A stretch of 64,000 nt of DNA from Isurus oxyrinchus (lineage: Eukaryota), in the NCBI GenBank assembly GCA_026770705.1, contig JANJGN010000032.1, positions 18,600,001-18,664,000 of the forward strand, read 5' to 3'. Each line of letters begins with the position of its first letter. The stretch's first letter is position 1. The translations under genes were made by a program, and so were the position numbers. Positions 48,080-61,889 of the stretch are shown here, piece after piece. The notes under the pieces were generated by a model. That model was not told the origin of the DNA and did no database searches. It saw only the letters and a list, made by a program, of their open reading frames with translations.

Positions 48080-51000
48080 TATGTTTCCAGTCCAGCAAAG
48101 GGGGAGACATTGCTGCATCTGGTTCTTGGGAGTGAGGTGGATCTAGCAGATCAAGTGTCAGTAGGAGAACATTTAGGGGACAGTGATCACTGTATCATAA
48201 GATTTAAGTTCACTGTGAAAAAGGACAAGGAGCAATCCAAAGTAAAAATAATTAATTGGGAGAGAGAGAGCCAATTTCAATGGGGTCAGAATGGATCTAG
48301 CCCAGGTAAGTTAAAATCAAAGATTGGAAGGTAAAACTGTGATGGAACAATGAACTTCCTTCAAAGAGGATTTGGTTTGGGCACAATCGAGGTACATTCC
48401 CACAAGGGGAAAAGGTAAGACAAAAAGCCAGAGCTCCCTGGATGATGAAAGAGATAGTGAGTAAGATTAGGCAGAAAAAGGGTGCATATGATAGATGTCA
48501 GGATAATATTACAAGGGACAACTAGGCTGAATATAGAAAGTTCAGAGGGGAAGTGAAAAATAAGAGAAGCAAAGAGAGAGTATGAGATGAGACTGTCAGC
48601 TAATATAAAATGGAAGCCAAACATTGACACACAAAGAGTGAAAGGGTGGCAAATGGAGGAGTGGAGTCAATTAGGCACCAAAAATTAAATTTATGCATAG
48701 AGGCAGATGGCATGACTGAGGTACTAAATGAATGCTTTACATTTATCTTTACCAAGGAAGAAGCAGCTTTCAAAATCATAGTGAAAGAGGAGGTAATTGA
48801 GACACTGGGTGGGCTAGAGGAGGTATTAGAAAGGCTGAACGTACTTAAAAGTTGATAAGTCAGAATGACTGGATCAGATGCATCTGACGATACTGAGAGA
48901 AGAAAGGCTGGATTTTGCAGAGGCATTGACCATAATCTTCCAATTCTCCTTAGATACATGGGTGGTGCCAGAGGACTGAAGAATTGTAATTGTTGCACCT
49001 TTGTTCAAAAAATGGTGTAAGGATAAGCCCAGCAACAAAGGTCTAGTCAGTTTAATCTTGGTGTTGAAAAGATTTTAGAAATGATAATTCAGAAGAAAAT
49101 TAATGGTCACTTGGACAAATATTGATTAAGTAAGGAAAGCCAGCATGGATTTGTTAAGGGCAAATCATGTTTAACCAACTTGATTGAGGTTTTTGAAGAG
49201 GTAACAGAGAGGGTTGATGAGGGTAATGCGGTTGATATGGTGCACATGGACTTCCAAAAGGCATTTGATAAGTGCAACATAATAGGCTTGATGGCAATGT
49301 TAGAGCTCATAGAATAAAAGGGACAATAGCATCATAGATACGTAATTGGCTATGACAGGAAACAGAGAGTGGTGGTGAACAGTTGTTTTTTGAACTGGAA
49401 GAATGTATATAATGGGGTTCCCATATTAATGACCTGACTTTGGTGTATAGGACATAATTTCAAAATTTGCAGATGACACAAAACTTGGAAATGTCGTGAA
49501 ATGTGAGGAGAATAGTGATGGACGTCAAGAGGACTTAGGCTGGTGGACAAGTGGCAAAAGAAATTTAATGCAGAGAAGTGTGAAATGATTTATTTTGGTA
49601 GAAAGAATGGGGAGAGACAATATAGAGTAAAGGGTACAATTCTAAATGGGTGCAAAAGCAGAGAGACCCTGGGTATATCTGCACAAATTACTGAAGTTGG
49701 CAGGGCACATTTTGAAAGCAGATAATAAAGCATTTGGGATCCTGAGCTTTAAAATAGAGGCTCAAAGCCAGATTTTCACAGAGCTGGGCTGACTCCAGAG
49801 ACTTTTAAAAATGGTGGGTGGGACCTGAATGCAGAAGTCCCACCCCCTTTTCTGGGAGATCCCATTTTTATTTGCAGGGGAAAGGGGCAGGGTGTGAATT
49901 ACATAGATGGGAAACCCAAACTCAGCAGGGCCATTCAAAATTAGTACTAAGTTCAAACAGACCCTATTTTATCTGTTCTATGGGCCTTAACTTGCAATGT
50001 GGGATTGATGGATTTACCCACTTAAACGGCAATAAGGTCTGTTTAGGTGCCATGATTGGAAGTTATTTAAATCCCCAGCTCTTTAAAAGTGAAAAAGTCA
50101 AAAAATAGGCTGCAGCTTTCAGTTGGAGTAAAAAAACAGACACCTGCTCCTGGAGTGCAGGAGTGCATTGATTCACAGGCCATCTGGTATAGCTTAGAAA
50201 AACTATTAGCCATCTGTTCCTAGAATTTCAATGGACTTCATTGTTGACATTTTCCAAGGGTTGTTATTACAGCTGAGCCCATTTTGAATGTTTGGCTGAG
50301 TTTCAAAAGCTCCAAAATCACTTATCTCTGCAGGGGGCTGATTGACAGTTTTAAGAGGCTACTAAAGGATTAGCTGTTTTGCACGTGTTTAGTGATTAGA
50401 AGTTCAGCTTTTCAAGAGATTGAAACCTTGAGGGGATTTAAATTTTTTGAGTGGGTTTCATGAATGCGGGTTTTTTTCAGTATCAAGTGTGCATGAGTGA
50501 GAGATTGTTAGTTTAAATTTTTTCATCTCCATGAGGTCTGCCCATGGTGGATACTGGGTGAGTGACATGGAGATGTCATAGAGGATAAGAGGGGACATAG
50601 AGGTAGCATGCGTGTATGAGAAAGCATGGGGGGTATGATGGGCTATGAGGGGGCATGGGGGTATGAGGGGGATTGGGAGGGATGGGTGAGGCCTACAGGG
50701 TCTAAGAGCCTTTTATACAAGGCTGAAGTCTCAAAGAACCAAGGCAGGCCTTCTAACCAGCCTACTTCAGCACTGGCCTGCCTCTGTGGCAGGGTCAGTG
50801 GGCCCGACTCAATCCCTCACTTGCCTTCCCAGAGTGAAAATTGCATGTAATGGGGCCATTTTAAATCTAGACAGGTCTGCCGAGTCGGGAAATTTCCTCA
50901 ATCGAGTTAACTATCTCAGTAGCAAAAATCCGGCCCATAGAGTACAAAAGCAAGGAAGTTATGATGAACCTTTATAAAACACTGATTCAGCCTCAACTGG

Positions 51001-51500
51001 AGTATTGTGTCCAGTTCTGGGCACCACACTTTAGGAAGGATGTGAAGGCATTAGAGAGGGTGCATAAAGGATTTACAAGAATGGTTCCAAGGATAAGAGA
51101 CTTCAGTTGCAAGGATAGAGAAGCTCTTCTCCTTAGAGAAGGTTGAGAGGAGATTTGATAGAGGTTTTCAAAATCATGAGGGGGTCTGGTCAGAATAGAG
51201 AGAAACTGTTCCTGTTGGCAGAAGGATCAAGAACAAGATTTAAGGTGAGTGGCAAAAGAACCAAAGGTGACATTTATGAAGTGAGTGTTTAGGATCTGGA
51301 ATGCACTGCCTGAGAGTCTGCTGGAGGCAATTCAATAGTGGCTTTCAAAAGAGAATTGGAAAATTATCTGAAGAGAAAAGATTTACAGGGCTACAGAGAG
51401 AAGGTGGGGGAGTGGGACTAGCCGAGTTGCTATTGCAGAGAGCCAGCATGGACACAGTGGGTGGAATTGGCTCCTTCAGTGCCGTGACCATTCTGTAATT
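48080..51500 (+). mobile_element. Long decayed CR1 ORF2 (endonuclease end to 3'UTR) split by a MITE
   Basis: [57 protein letters not shown] in order; many stops and frameshifts. Confidence 0.9.
49762..50936. mobile_element. Non-autonomous Harbinger-type element, about 1.17 kb
   Basis: Ends gccagatttt / aaaaatccggccc; host CR1 rejoins as aaatagaggc|atagagtacaaaagc. Confidence 0.65.
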
Positions 51501-52197
51501 CTCTAAATCTTGGCTTCTGCATTTTTCAGGTTCTGTATCATGAGGCAATCACTGTAGCCAACGGACAAAATGCTAGACTCCTGTGGTCTGTGTTCTAAAG
51601 CGGAGTGTAGTTTTAAAAACAGCCCATGATGAAGGTAGGTAGCTCCACACTGAGAGTTTGTTCTCATGGTTTCCTTCTGTGCTTTAGAAACATTAATCAA
51701 AAGTAGGATTGAAATAAGCCATAATCAACATGTATCCCTTTTTTCTATTTCAATTTCACTTTTGGAAACCTTTTCTAAAATGTCTCAAACAGGAAGATTG
51801 TTTTCTCACCATTTGAAAAGATGTATAAATTTAATGGAAAAAAAAATCTCAAGTGCTGCTTTCCAAGATGAAAGCCTAATAGTGACAGTGACCATGGAAA
51901 TGAATGTGCAATATATTTTAGACTTCCCACCACGCAAATTAACAATAATAGCTGAGATTTGTAACATGCATCAAGTATCACATATTCAATAATGTACCTC
52001 TTATTATGTTGTAAGTAAATCTTTGATGTCACAAAATCTTTCTCATAGGAGTGCCACCATCTAATAAGGGCTGGACGGTTCAGTTTTTAATGGGCTATCA
52101 AGAAATGTAAATGGACCAAAAATCATTTTTTTAACCACCACATGAAATTTATATGATGCCTATTTTAAAAAAAATTCCAAGGCTCTTTAAAATAGAA

Positions 52198-52462
52198 CAA
52201 AGGCAAATACAGTGAATGCTGGAAATTTGAAATATAAACAGAAAATATTGGAAATACTCAACAGGCCAGACAGTGTCTGTGGAAAATGAAACAGTACACA
52301 TTCCAGGTCAATGACCCTTCATCAGAACTCCAATGGGATGATGATGCAAGCCAAAAGGGGGTAGTAATGGACAGATAAACAAAAAATGGCTCTGAAACAT
52401 AAACTCCATTTCTCTCCACAGATGCTGCCTGACCTTGAGTGCTTTCAGTATTTCCTGTTTAA
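52198..52462. mobile_element. Second Penelope-end palindrome with hammerhead remnant
   Basis: Arms homologous to 42157-42353; minus strand AGTT CTGATGA AGGGTCATTGACCT GGAA at 52301-52329. Confidence 0.7.
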
Positions 52463-54864
52463 TCCTTTAGTATAGACCTTATGTTTCCACTTACTTCTGT
52501 GTATTATGATGTGAGGGAAGTAGCTATTTGTTAAGACTGGTAACATTTTCAATGACTTTTCCTCAGCGCAAAGCAAACCTCAAACCTTAAGCCAAGATCT
52601 CAGTCCGCCCCCTCCTAATCTGTTTGCTCATTTTTGAACTTGGCAAAATATGGTAATTCTAGTTAATACATAAAGAGGACTAAGTTATGTGTTTTTATGT
52701 TTTCAAACTATTGTACATTAGGTGGATAGTTTAATCAAGTAAGAAGCTATGACTCACCCTTGCTCATCTAATGAGGATTCATGGAGACAAATGGCCTTAA
52801 GTAGAAGGATAATGAGAAACATGAAGGAGCAATAGCGGACTTGATTTGGAACAGAACTCCAAAACTGCTCACGAGTCTTTAATGAAATGTACAACTGTCA
52901 GTCAGTGAAAGGCACAATGAGGGAGCTCATCTTCCCTGCAGTTGCCAATTTGCAGTCTGTGTCTAATTATCACATCCAAGTAATTGAAGGGGCCTTGGGT
53001 GGCTGAATGTTAAACCTGAGCACAGCTTCTGATACCATGATACTTCAAGTCTTTATTTGATGCTCATGTTTATTAAATGAGCTTGCCAATTTGGAGTTGC
53101 TATTCATAAAGCAGTGCTTTCTCTCCCTTGTAAATTCAGTGGATATTTCTCTAAATCTCAATAAAAAAAAAGAGGTGGACAACAGTTGCCAGGGTAACTG
53201 CAGCTTGTGAGAGAAGGAGCTTCTCCTGTGCTTTGAAATGAAAATACCTTGTCACCATGACAACATGACATTCAATTGTACAGTACTTCAGAAGGCTACA
53301 AACATAGTGAAAACAATTTGTACAGACCTTCAACTGCTTTTGCTTTGTCCTCAAAATGCTTTTATCCCTGCCCATCGACCCTGACTGAAAACTAGCACAG
53401 TGCCTAGCATCTCTTCTCATGGACAGTGATATCACAAACTAATTTGAATCTCTTCTGTAATTATCATACAGCTGGTTCACCTCAACACCGTATCCTGTGT
53501 CCAAATATATTAGAATTATAAACTTAAAAAGGGAATGAAAGTCTATAGGGGAGAAGTTTCAGTTTGAGAAACTATCCCAATTTATCTCCATATGATCACT
53601 CTGGTTAGGAATAGGTGGGTACCCACTCAGTTCCAGCCAGAATTAGTTTCTGTCATATTATGTGAAAATTGTTTGTATAGCTAATTATTATTCAGGAACC
53701 TTAATTAGACCCGTCAGTTTGTAAGGGAAAAGAGATTTAAAGTGAAGAGTTATTGGCAAACTCATTTAAATTGGTAACAGGTTAGAAAAAATATTTGAAT
53801 TGCCTTACGTTTGCTGAAAGGTAGTGTCAAACTGCACGGCTAATTCATGAGTGGAAGTGTTACATTTCTGGATTCTGGATCCCTTGGTTCAATGTCAACA
53901 GTCACTCCCACCAGCAGATCTCACATCTCCTGAAAATCGGAATATGCCTTTACTCACTCAATATCTCGGTAAATATAACAAGGCCCAGGAATCAAACCCT
54001 TGCCACTGTAATGCAATTTACTGAATAGATCGCAGACATTGATGTTGGGTGGGGACAGGATTGTGGTTAGTTGTGATATACTACATGTTCAAGGCCTGCT
54101 GACCTTGACTGACTCAGCTCACACACGAAGAACATTTGCTTGGGTGAGGTTTTGAACCAGAGCCCAACACAAGAAGGAAGAAAAGAGGCAAACTCGGCTA
54201 CCAAACAATGTGAATGCTGCATTCCAGTCAGGCTGGTGCCTGCTCTTATTATAACATACACAGAGGTTATCGACAAATACAAATTCATATAATTGTAATT
54301 AAATAGAGCTTCTAAAACAGTACCTAATCCTTGCAATGTAAGCCTTTATTTTTGAGCTCCATTCACATTGCAGGCTTTGTTCTACTTCATTAGAACCATG
54401 TGATTCAGCATAGGGCAGATCAAACACTGATCATGTATTTGTGTACTTCAAAGGAGGCAATGGCTGCTTGTTGTTTGCTTTTGGTTGAAAAAAACAGTGC
54501 ATTAATTCAATATTTGGCTTTAAATCTACATTTTAACACAATTTCCCCTGTTCAAGACTTCTCATCTTAATCATGACTCACTCAGCCACCTCAAACTGAG
54601 AAGCTTAGGGAATGAGTGATCTCTTTGCTTTAAGTTCCATTTTAAAGTATTGCCAATATCGTGAACATTAACACTCATTTTGCAATCACAATAAAATTGG
54701 GGCTGTACACATGTGTCTCGGGGAGGTTGCAGGCAGCTCGCACCGAACTTTGCAATCTAAGCACCCCACCCCTGCCCTCCGCCCCCTGTTTTGAACAGAC
54801 TACAAGTGCAGGGAAGGACTTCCCAAAGATTTTGGAGCACATTTGGCTGGGGAACACAGAATAT

Positions 54865-55592
54865 TGTATGGTTGTTCACAACCTTGGTGTCACCTTTGAT
54901 CCCGAGGTGAGCTTCTGACCTCATATTTGCATCACCACTAAGACAGCTTATTTCCACCTCAGTAACATCACTCAACTTCACCCCTGTCTCAGCTCATCTG
55001 CTGCTGAAACCCTCATTCATGCCTTTGTTACCTCTAGACTTGACTATTCCAATGCAGTCCTGCTGGTCTCCCACATTCTACCCTCAGGAAACTTGAAGTC
55101 ATCCAAAACTCTGCTGCTCTTGTCTTAACTCACACCAAGTCCTGTTCCCCTATCACCCACTGTGCTCACTGACCTACATTGGCTCCCAGTCAATCAACAA
55201 CTTGATTTTAAAATTCTCATCCTTGTTTTCAAATCCCTTAATGGTCTTGTCTCTCCCTATTTCTGTGCTCTCCTCCAACCCAACAACCTTTCAAGATATC
55301 TGTGCTCCTCTAATTCTGGTCTTTGTGCATCCCCAATTCCAATTGCTCCACCATTGGTGGCTGTGCCTTCAGTTGCCTTGGCCCCAAGCTCTGGAATTCC
55401 CTTCCTCAACCTCTCCACCCCTCCACCTCACTTTCCTTTTTTGAGACACTCCTTAAAACATATGTCTTTGACCAAACTTTTGGTCACCTAACCTAATATC
55501 TCCTTATGTGACTCAGTGTCATACTCTTGTGAAGCGCCTTGGGATGTTTCATTACATTAAAGGTGCTATATAAATATAAGTTGTTGTTGTTG
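54865..55592 (+). mobile_element. L2 LINE 3' fragment
   Basis: VHNLGVTFDPE, LIHAFVTSRLDYSNA, LTDLHWLPV..FKILILVFKSL; tail gctatataaatataag(ttg)n. Confidence 0.9.
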
Positions 55593-55964
55593 CAGGCACC
55601 ATGAAATGCCACACAATAAAGATGTCATGGCTGCTTCTTGGATGACAGTCACTAATGTTCATAAATGACGTTTCTATGCTCAGATATCATCTCAACATTG
55701 TGCAAACCCTTCTTTGCCATGAAAACTATGGGGTTGGCATGAAGAGCCCTGATGCCCACTTGAGTACCTACTTTGAATCTTTGCACTCAAGGGAACTTTA
55801 TCATCCTGTTCAGCTATCTCTCCTTTGCACAGGAAAGCTATGACAGCCTGTGTACTAGCATGTCTGGTTACATGTCAAAGGCTCTGGAAGCACATGTTCA
55901 AGGACAGTGATGGGTGTGGCCAAAGCACCTCAGCAGCCATTGCCCCTGTGATCATTCAGGAACT

Positions 55965-56172
55965 CCTTAGCTCAGTGGGTAACACTATCACCTCACCTCA
56001 GATTCAGAAGGTTGTAGATTCCAGGGTAGCACATGTCAGAAGTGCCATATTTCAGATAAGGTGATAAACTGAGGCCCCATCCATCCTCTCAGGTATGTGT
56101 AAAAGATCCCAGAGTACTATTTGAAGAAGAGCAGATTTACCCCTCAACCAACATCACGAAAAACAGATTGAT
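55965..56172 (+). mobile_element. Partial DeuSINE
   Basis: tagctcagtgggtaacac head; aaactgaggccccatc...aaaagatccc core. Confidence 0.7.
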
Positions 56173-57068
56173 GAAGTGACATGAGTGTGAGTTGACACGC
56201 ACAGAGACTGAACTGTAGATTGTGGCATCTTTTTGGTGGGAAAAGGAAAGATGTGAAAAGGACTGTTTGATGGGAGAGCAAAGGGATGAGAAGAAAGTTA
56301 CACCAGTCTTGTCCTTCTCCAGGTTCTTAGTGGATCTGTGAACCAGGATCTTTTTCATTACATTGTTTCTTACTAGTTCCGTACTGCACTGTTAATTATA
56401 ATAAATGTTGTCAACAGTTATTGTGTGCTCTCTGTATAGAATTTCTGCTACACTAATGTTGCCTTAAACATTAATAGATTATAAAGAGTATTTAGCTGAT
56501 CTGTGTCCTGCCATCATTTCTATCCTATTCAGATTAACAGCTTGGGGGATGGGGCAAAGGTCATCGACAGAGGGTGTCTATTTACATACTAAAACTGACG
56601 GAAAGCTGTTCAGCCTTTCTTGCCTGAGATCCAAGACAAAGGTGTGCAAAGTCCTCATCAGAGAGTTGCTCTACACTGACTATGCTGCACTAGCATCCCA
56701 TACTGAGGAACAGCTTCAGCGGCAAATGGACAGACTTTCTCACATCTGTAAAGAGTTTGGTTTGACCAGCATCAAGAAGACAAATGTCATGGTTCAGGAT
56801 GTTGCCATCCCGCCATATATTAGCATTTACAATACGATGCTGGAGGTTGTTGGTAGCTTCACATATCTAGGCTCCACAATCACCAATATCTAGGCTTCAC
56901 AATCACCAACAATCTAACAACACCTGCATTGCAAAAGCTGTTATGTCCAAGCTGAGTAAGGGAATGTGGAACAACAGCAACCTAACTGAGAACATCAAAA
57001 TATGAATTTACCAAGCCTGTGTCCTCAGCACTTTCCTCTACAATGGTGGGACTCAGACAACATATATT

Positions 57069-57372
57069 CTCCTCCTCCTCCTTAGGTGCCATGTCTTAAG
57101 AGAGCATTGGTGACCATGGACTTCCATTGGATTGGTCCATGATTATGCTTGACAAAGTACTGCCATTGCCTTCTGCAGGATGGCTGATTAGGAAACTCTC
57201 CTGCTCTTTACCACATGCCATCAGGTGTATTGGAAGATTTTACAGGCTGATAATCAACCTGTTTGGCCACATTATGCATGCACCTTCCACGGCCATCAAG
57301 TCCTGAGGTGTGACTTGAACCCGGAGCTTCTGGCCCAGAGGCAGGGGCTACCACTGTGCCACAAGATCTCTC
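57069..57372 (-). mobile_element. tRNA-derived SINE inserted in the RTE element
   Basis: Reverse B box (gacttgaaccc), (CTC)n tail; flanking acaacat repeats at 57057 and 57373. Confidence 0.65.
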
Positions 57373-57697
57373 ACAACATGTGCTAGGCAGGAGAAAAGGC
57401 TGAACGGTTTCCACTTTGCTGTCTCAGATATATCCTCGGCATCGCTTAGCAGGAGAAGGTCACCAACTCTGAGGTCTTGGAGTGTGCTGATTCTATACAC
57501 TCATTACTAAGCCAATGATGCCTGCACTGTCTCGACCACGTTCATCAGATGGATGATGGCCATACACTCAAAGACCTTCGGTACGGTGAACTGGCCACTG
57601 GGTCACGACCTCATGGACATCCATGCCTCCACTACAAGGACACCTGCAGGTGAGATATGAAGATGCCGGGCAATGACACTGACAACTGGAAGGCAAT

Positions 57698-58632
57698 TTT
57701 TTTTCCCTAATTGCCCTTGAGAAGTTGGTGGTGAGCTGCCTTTTTGAACTGCTGCAGTCCATGTGGTATAGGTACACCCACAGTGCTGTTAGGGAGGGAG
57801 TTCCAGGATTTTGACCCAGCGACAGTGAAGGAACAGCGATATATTTCCAAATCAGAATGGTGAGTGACTTGGAGGGGAACTTCCAGATGGTGGTGTTCCC
57901 ATCTTACTGCTGCCCTTGTCCTTCTAGACGGTAGTGGTCGTGGGTTTGGAAGGTGCTATCGAAGGAGCCTTGGTGATTTCCTGCAATGCATCTTATAGTT
58001 GGTACACACTGCTGCTACTGTGCGTCGGTAGTGGAGGGAGTGAATGTTTGTGGATGGGGTGCCAATCAAGCAGGCTGCTTTGTCCTGGATGGTGTCAAGT
58101 TTCTTCAGTGTTGTGGGAGTTGCACTCATCCAGGCAAGTGGGGAGTATTCCATCACACTCCTGACTTGTGCCTTGTAGATGGTGGACAGGCTTTGGGGAG
58201 TCAGGAGGTGGGTTACTCATTGCAGGATTCCTAGTCTCTGACTTGCTCTTGTAGCCACAGTATTTATATGACTAACCCAGATCAGTTTCTGGTCAATGGG
58301 TAACCCTCAGTATGTTGATAGTGGGGGATTCAGTGATGGTAATGCCATTGAACATCAAGGGGCGATGGATGGATTCTCTCTTGTTGGAGATGGTCATTGC
58401 CTGACACTTGCATGGCACATATGTTACTTGCCACTTGTCACCCCAAGCCTGGACATTGTCCAGGTCTTGCTGGATTTGGACATGGGCTGCTTCAGTGTCT
58501 GAGGAGTCGCAAATGAAGCTGAACATTGTGCAATCATCAGTGAACATCCCCACTTCTGACCTTATGATGGAAGGAAGGTCATTGATGAAGTAGCTGAAGG
58601 TGGTTGGGCCAAGGACACACTCTGAGGAACTG
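57698..58632 (-). mobile_element. CR1/L2-group LINE 3' portion inserted in the RTE element
   Basis: VLGPTTFSYFINDLPS..MFTDDCT..IQQDLDNVQAWGDKWQV; MEYSPLAW..LDTIQDKAACLI. Confidence 0.85.
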
Positions 58633-59091
58633 ACAGCCGTGACCTCCAAAGGTTGTCTGTTTAGAAGGGCATTGGAAGAGGTGAACAGAAACAAAAAGCT
58701 CAGCTGGCTGAGAAGATGGCCCAGAGAAACCAGAGGCTAGCAAATTCTGCACCTTCTCAGACCACTGTCTTCCTTGCAGCAAATGTGGTAGAGACTGCTG
58801 TGCCAGAGTGGAGCTCCTCAGCCACACTAGGTGAGATTTAACAGAATTGACCAACACAGCACAAGGCATCGTCTTACAACACGGAAGGCTGCCACAGACA
58901 GAGGAGGAGGAAGTTGGTTGGAAAATTAAATGGATTAATTTGTTTCATTTGAGAGCAATAGGCCTGCCAGTTTGTGTCTATTACTCTTGAGCTCTTTGAG
59001 GATCCCTTGTGGTTCTGTTAAAAGACACAGCTCAGAAAATATATTCTGGAGTGAGATCAGTCACCAGAAGCATCTCTCCTTGGCACTCAGC

Positions 59092-61889
59092 ATGTCCTTC
59101 CGAGAGGTAAGGAAAGGGGTTTAATTCTCCCCACCTAATCAGTCAATATTAGCAGCTTGATGGCAAGTAGTGTTTGCTTATAGTTTGTTCATCATAGAAT
59201 CCTAAATGATCTTGTTCAAGCTTATTTTAACAAGTGATTTGAAGTGTTCACTGTTTTTCTGCAGGTTACGGCTTTTAAGCATGCATTTTTGAACTATCCA
59301 GAGATTTGTTTTAGTGTGGCAGACTAAAAAAAAGGGGGAAGAATAGATCGATAGAGGGTAGTGGAGTGACATCAATAGGTGAGTCAAAAGACAACTAAAA
59401 TTAGATACTTTAGCTTGAAAGGCTAAAATAATGAATAAATACAGGCAGATGGGTTGCAGGAGAGAGAAGTAGCAGAATATGTAGTATTGTGAAAGGACAT
59501 AGATAAACAAAAAACAATGGATGGATGTTGAAACTTACATTAAATCTGACAAATTAACAATTAAATTTAATTAACAATTAAGTCTGACTTAAATGGATAT
59601 AAAGAAGCAACTCAGAGACAGTAAAACACAAAAGGATTGGCAGAAGTGATATTTGTGTAAATGAATACGATGCACATAAATTTAATGGTTAAAAATTCAT
59701 ACAACTGTTAGTTTGAGTTTTTTTACAAGGTTAATATAATGTATACTTTATCCTTTTGTACTGTGTAATTGGGTAAAACAACTCAATTTTCTTTGTATAT
59801 TCATTTCTCTCCAGTAAACAGATCAATTGACATGTCCAGCTTAGCAGAGCTAATATTTAGTTATTGAATTAGATATTTTAATGATGGAGAGGCTGGCATT
59901 CATTTTCCAAGTTCTCAGATGGATGCAGAAGTGGCATAGATCGTGCACATATCCGGTAAAAATTCTGTAATTGTACAGATGGTACGTAGCTCCTGTAGGA
60001 TAGCTTAAGAGGTTTACCTTTCATTGTTTAATCTTGACCCCATCATTGCTGCTGAGCTGACAGATTGGAATTCAGTCATAGTAGTAATCGGTATACATTG
60101 TAAGTTACATAAACCTCAACATGGGACAGTGAGAGCTTGAAGGTCTGTACTGGAGAATCTGCTATTTCCCTGTGTAGTGCTTAAAGCAGATATAAAACCT
60201 GTCTAATCAATCTGTGTATGTCTTCTGTAAAATGGTTCTGTGTTACATGTGTAATGACATTGCCTTTCATGATGTTTGTAATGTAGATAGAAAGAAGTGA
60301 AGCAGAGAGAGAAAAAAAAGATGGAGAGAACAAATCAAATTTGTAAAGATGTCAAGAGAAAGATAGACAGAACAAGGGAGTGATAGAAAGAACAAAGTAA
60401 AAAGTAGAAACCCAGGGATATAAATTCATTTTGGGATAGCGAATCAGCTGCCTATTTTATGATCCAACCAATTTTCTGTCTGACAGGCAGACGATTTATA
60501 TCGCACAATATTTCTGATTTATCTCAGTGGTGTAATAATAACTCACGGACAGTACAACCACAAGTGTCTACTGGCATGATGGGCAAGTCATCTTGCTGCT
60601 GGTATAGACTCTTCAGGAAAGAGAGAGAAAGACAGAAAGTGACATAGAAAGAGAAAAAGATAGAAACAGAACATCACTGGCTGATGTGAATTGCTTAAGC
60701 ACCTGGGTGAACAGAGAACCAAACCAAAATGTTGGATTGTACAAGACCAGAATTGAAACGTTTCCCTGTAACTTTGTGCGTAATATCTTTAAGCCATTTC
60801 TTAACTGAAATATCGACTATCCAAAGATTTCACTTATCTTGCAAGATAACATCAACAATTTACTGATCAAAAACTTGCATGTTCGGGCAGAAAGGCCATT
60901 ACAAGAAGCTTGGAGTTAACATCATTCTTAGAGCTATCCACGTGTAGAAATCCAGGATTTGTCCACTAGGGCACTTAAGACATCATCTGGTATCTATAGA
61001 ACATTTATGTGGGGGTCTCGGGTCTGGGCTGCATTCTTGTGAAAAAACCTGCAGGCTTCACGAGATATATAAAATATTTTTTGTGAGGAAGGCCATAGTC
61101 CTCATTCAGGAATCCATTCAAAATCACTCTTGTAAGGAAGTGTGAAACCCACTGCTAATAACAGAAAGTTTGTGTTTTTGGTGGGGCAATGGGAGAGGGC
61201 AAGATCATATATAAGTAATGATAGCAATAGCAGCAGAAGTCAATGGAATGAGTGTTGAAATTAGCTGAAATGTCATCCTTGTGGTGAAATGAAGATTAAG
61301 GGGAAGCTTGGTGAACATTTGGGTGGAAGGAATAGAGATTATGCAGATAGGGCTAGATGAAAAAGGGTGGGAGGAGGCTCGGGTAGAACTTAAACACAGC
61401 CACAGACCAGTTCAACCAGATGTCCTGTTTCTGTGCTGTAAAATTCTATATAATTCTACATAAAGTTTGCAAGGAAATAAAATCTAAAAGGGAAAAGAAC
61501 TTCCGCAGTGAGACTGTCTTTCTTTGTCTTAGGAGTTGAGGAGTCGCAGGTTCTGGCGTTCAGTCTTAGCAGAGCTGGTTGGTTCCCTGGTCTTGGTCTC
61601 AGTTATTTTGGGTGCCTCTGCCCCTGGACAGGAAGATGGAGTTCCAGTACTGATGCAGGTGGCTGTAGCTGCTGGATTTTCTGCTGTCAGCCTGATCCAC
61701 TGTTTTGGAGAGATTAGCGGTGCCCAGGTAAACCCAGCTGTCACACTCGCATTCTTGTGCACCAGGAAACTGGATTTCCTCCAGTTTGTGTCCTACCTTT
61801 TGGCTCAGTGTCTTGGAGCTGTGATTGGATCAGGGATAATCTACATGTCATTGCCAATCAAGTCAACATCAAGGTATTTAGTCAACATG
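59092..61889 (+). CDS. AQP14: Aquaporin-14-like channel, first two coding exons (59092-59106 and 61533-61889); gene continues beyond the window
   Basis: MSFRE|ELRSRRFWRSVLAELVGSLVLVSVILGAS...HCFGEISGAQVNPAVT...AQCLGA; first NPA motif; splice sites gag|gtaagg, gtcttag|, atg|gtgagt. MIP family is certain; the AQP14 subtype rests on recalled similarity (GASxPG, HCFGEISGAQVNPA). Confidence 0.8.
61270..61462 (+). mobile_element. CR1 3' end fragment
   Basis: ttaaggggaagcttgg...cctgtttctgtgctgtaaaattctat. Confidence 0.7.

Larger units (their letters stand above)
56555..58900 (+). mobile_element. RTE-clade LINE (RT to 3' end) with two nested insertions
   Basis: ORF 56549-56893 TDGKLFSLSCLRSKTKV..IRELLYTDYAAL..FTYLGSTI; terminal zinc-finger-like PCSKCGRDCCARVELLSH at 58771-58824. 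Confidence 0.85.

Noticed and set aside
51530-51634. 105-nt exon-like segment with AG/GT boundaries
   Set aside because: Stops in all three frames; a non-coding exon cannot be supported from sequence alone
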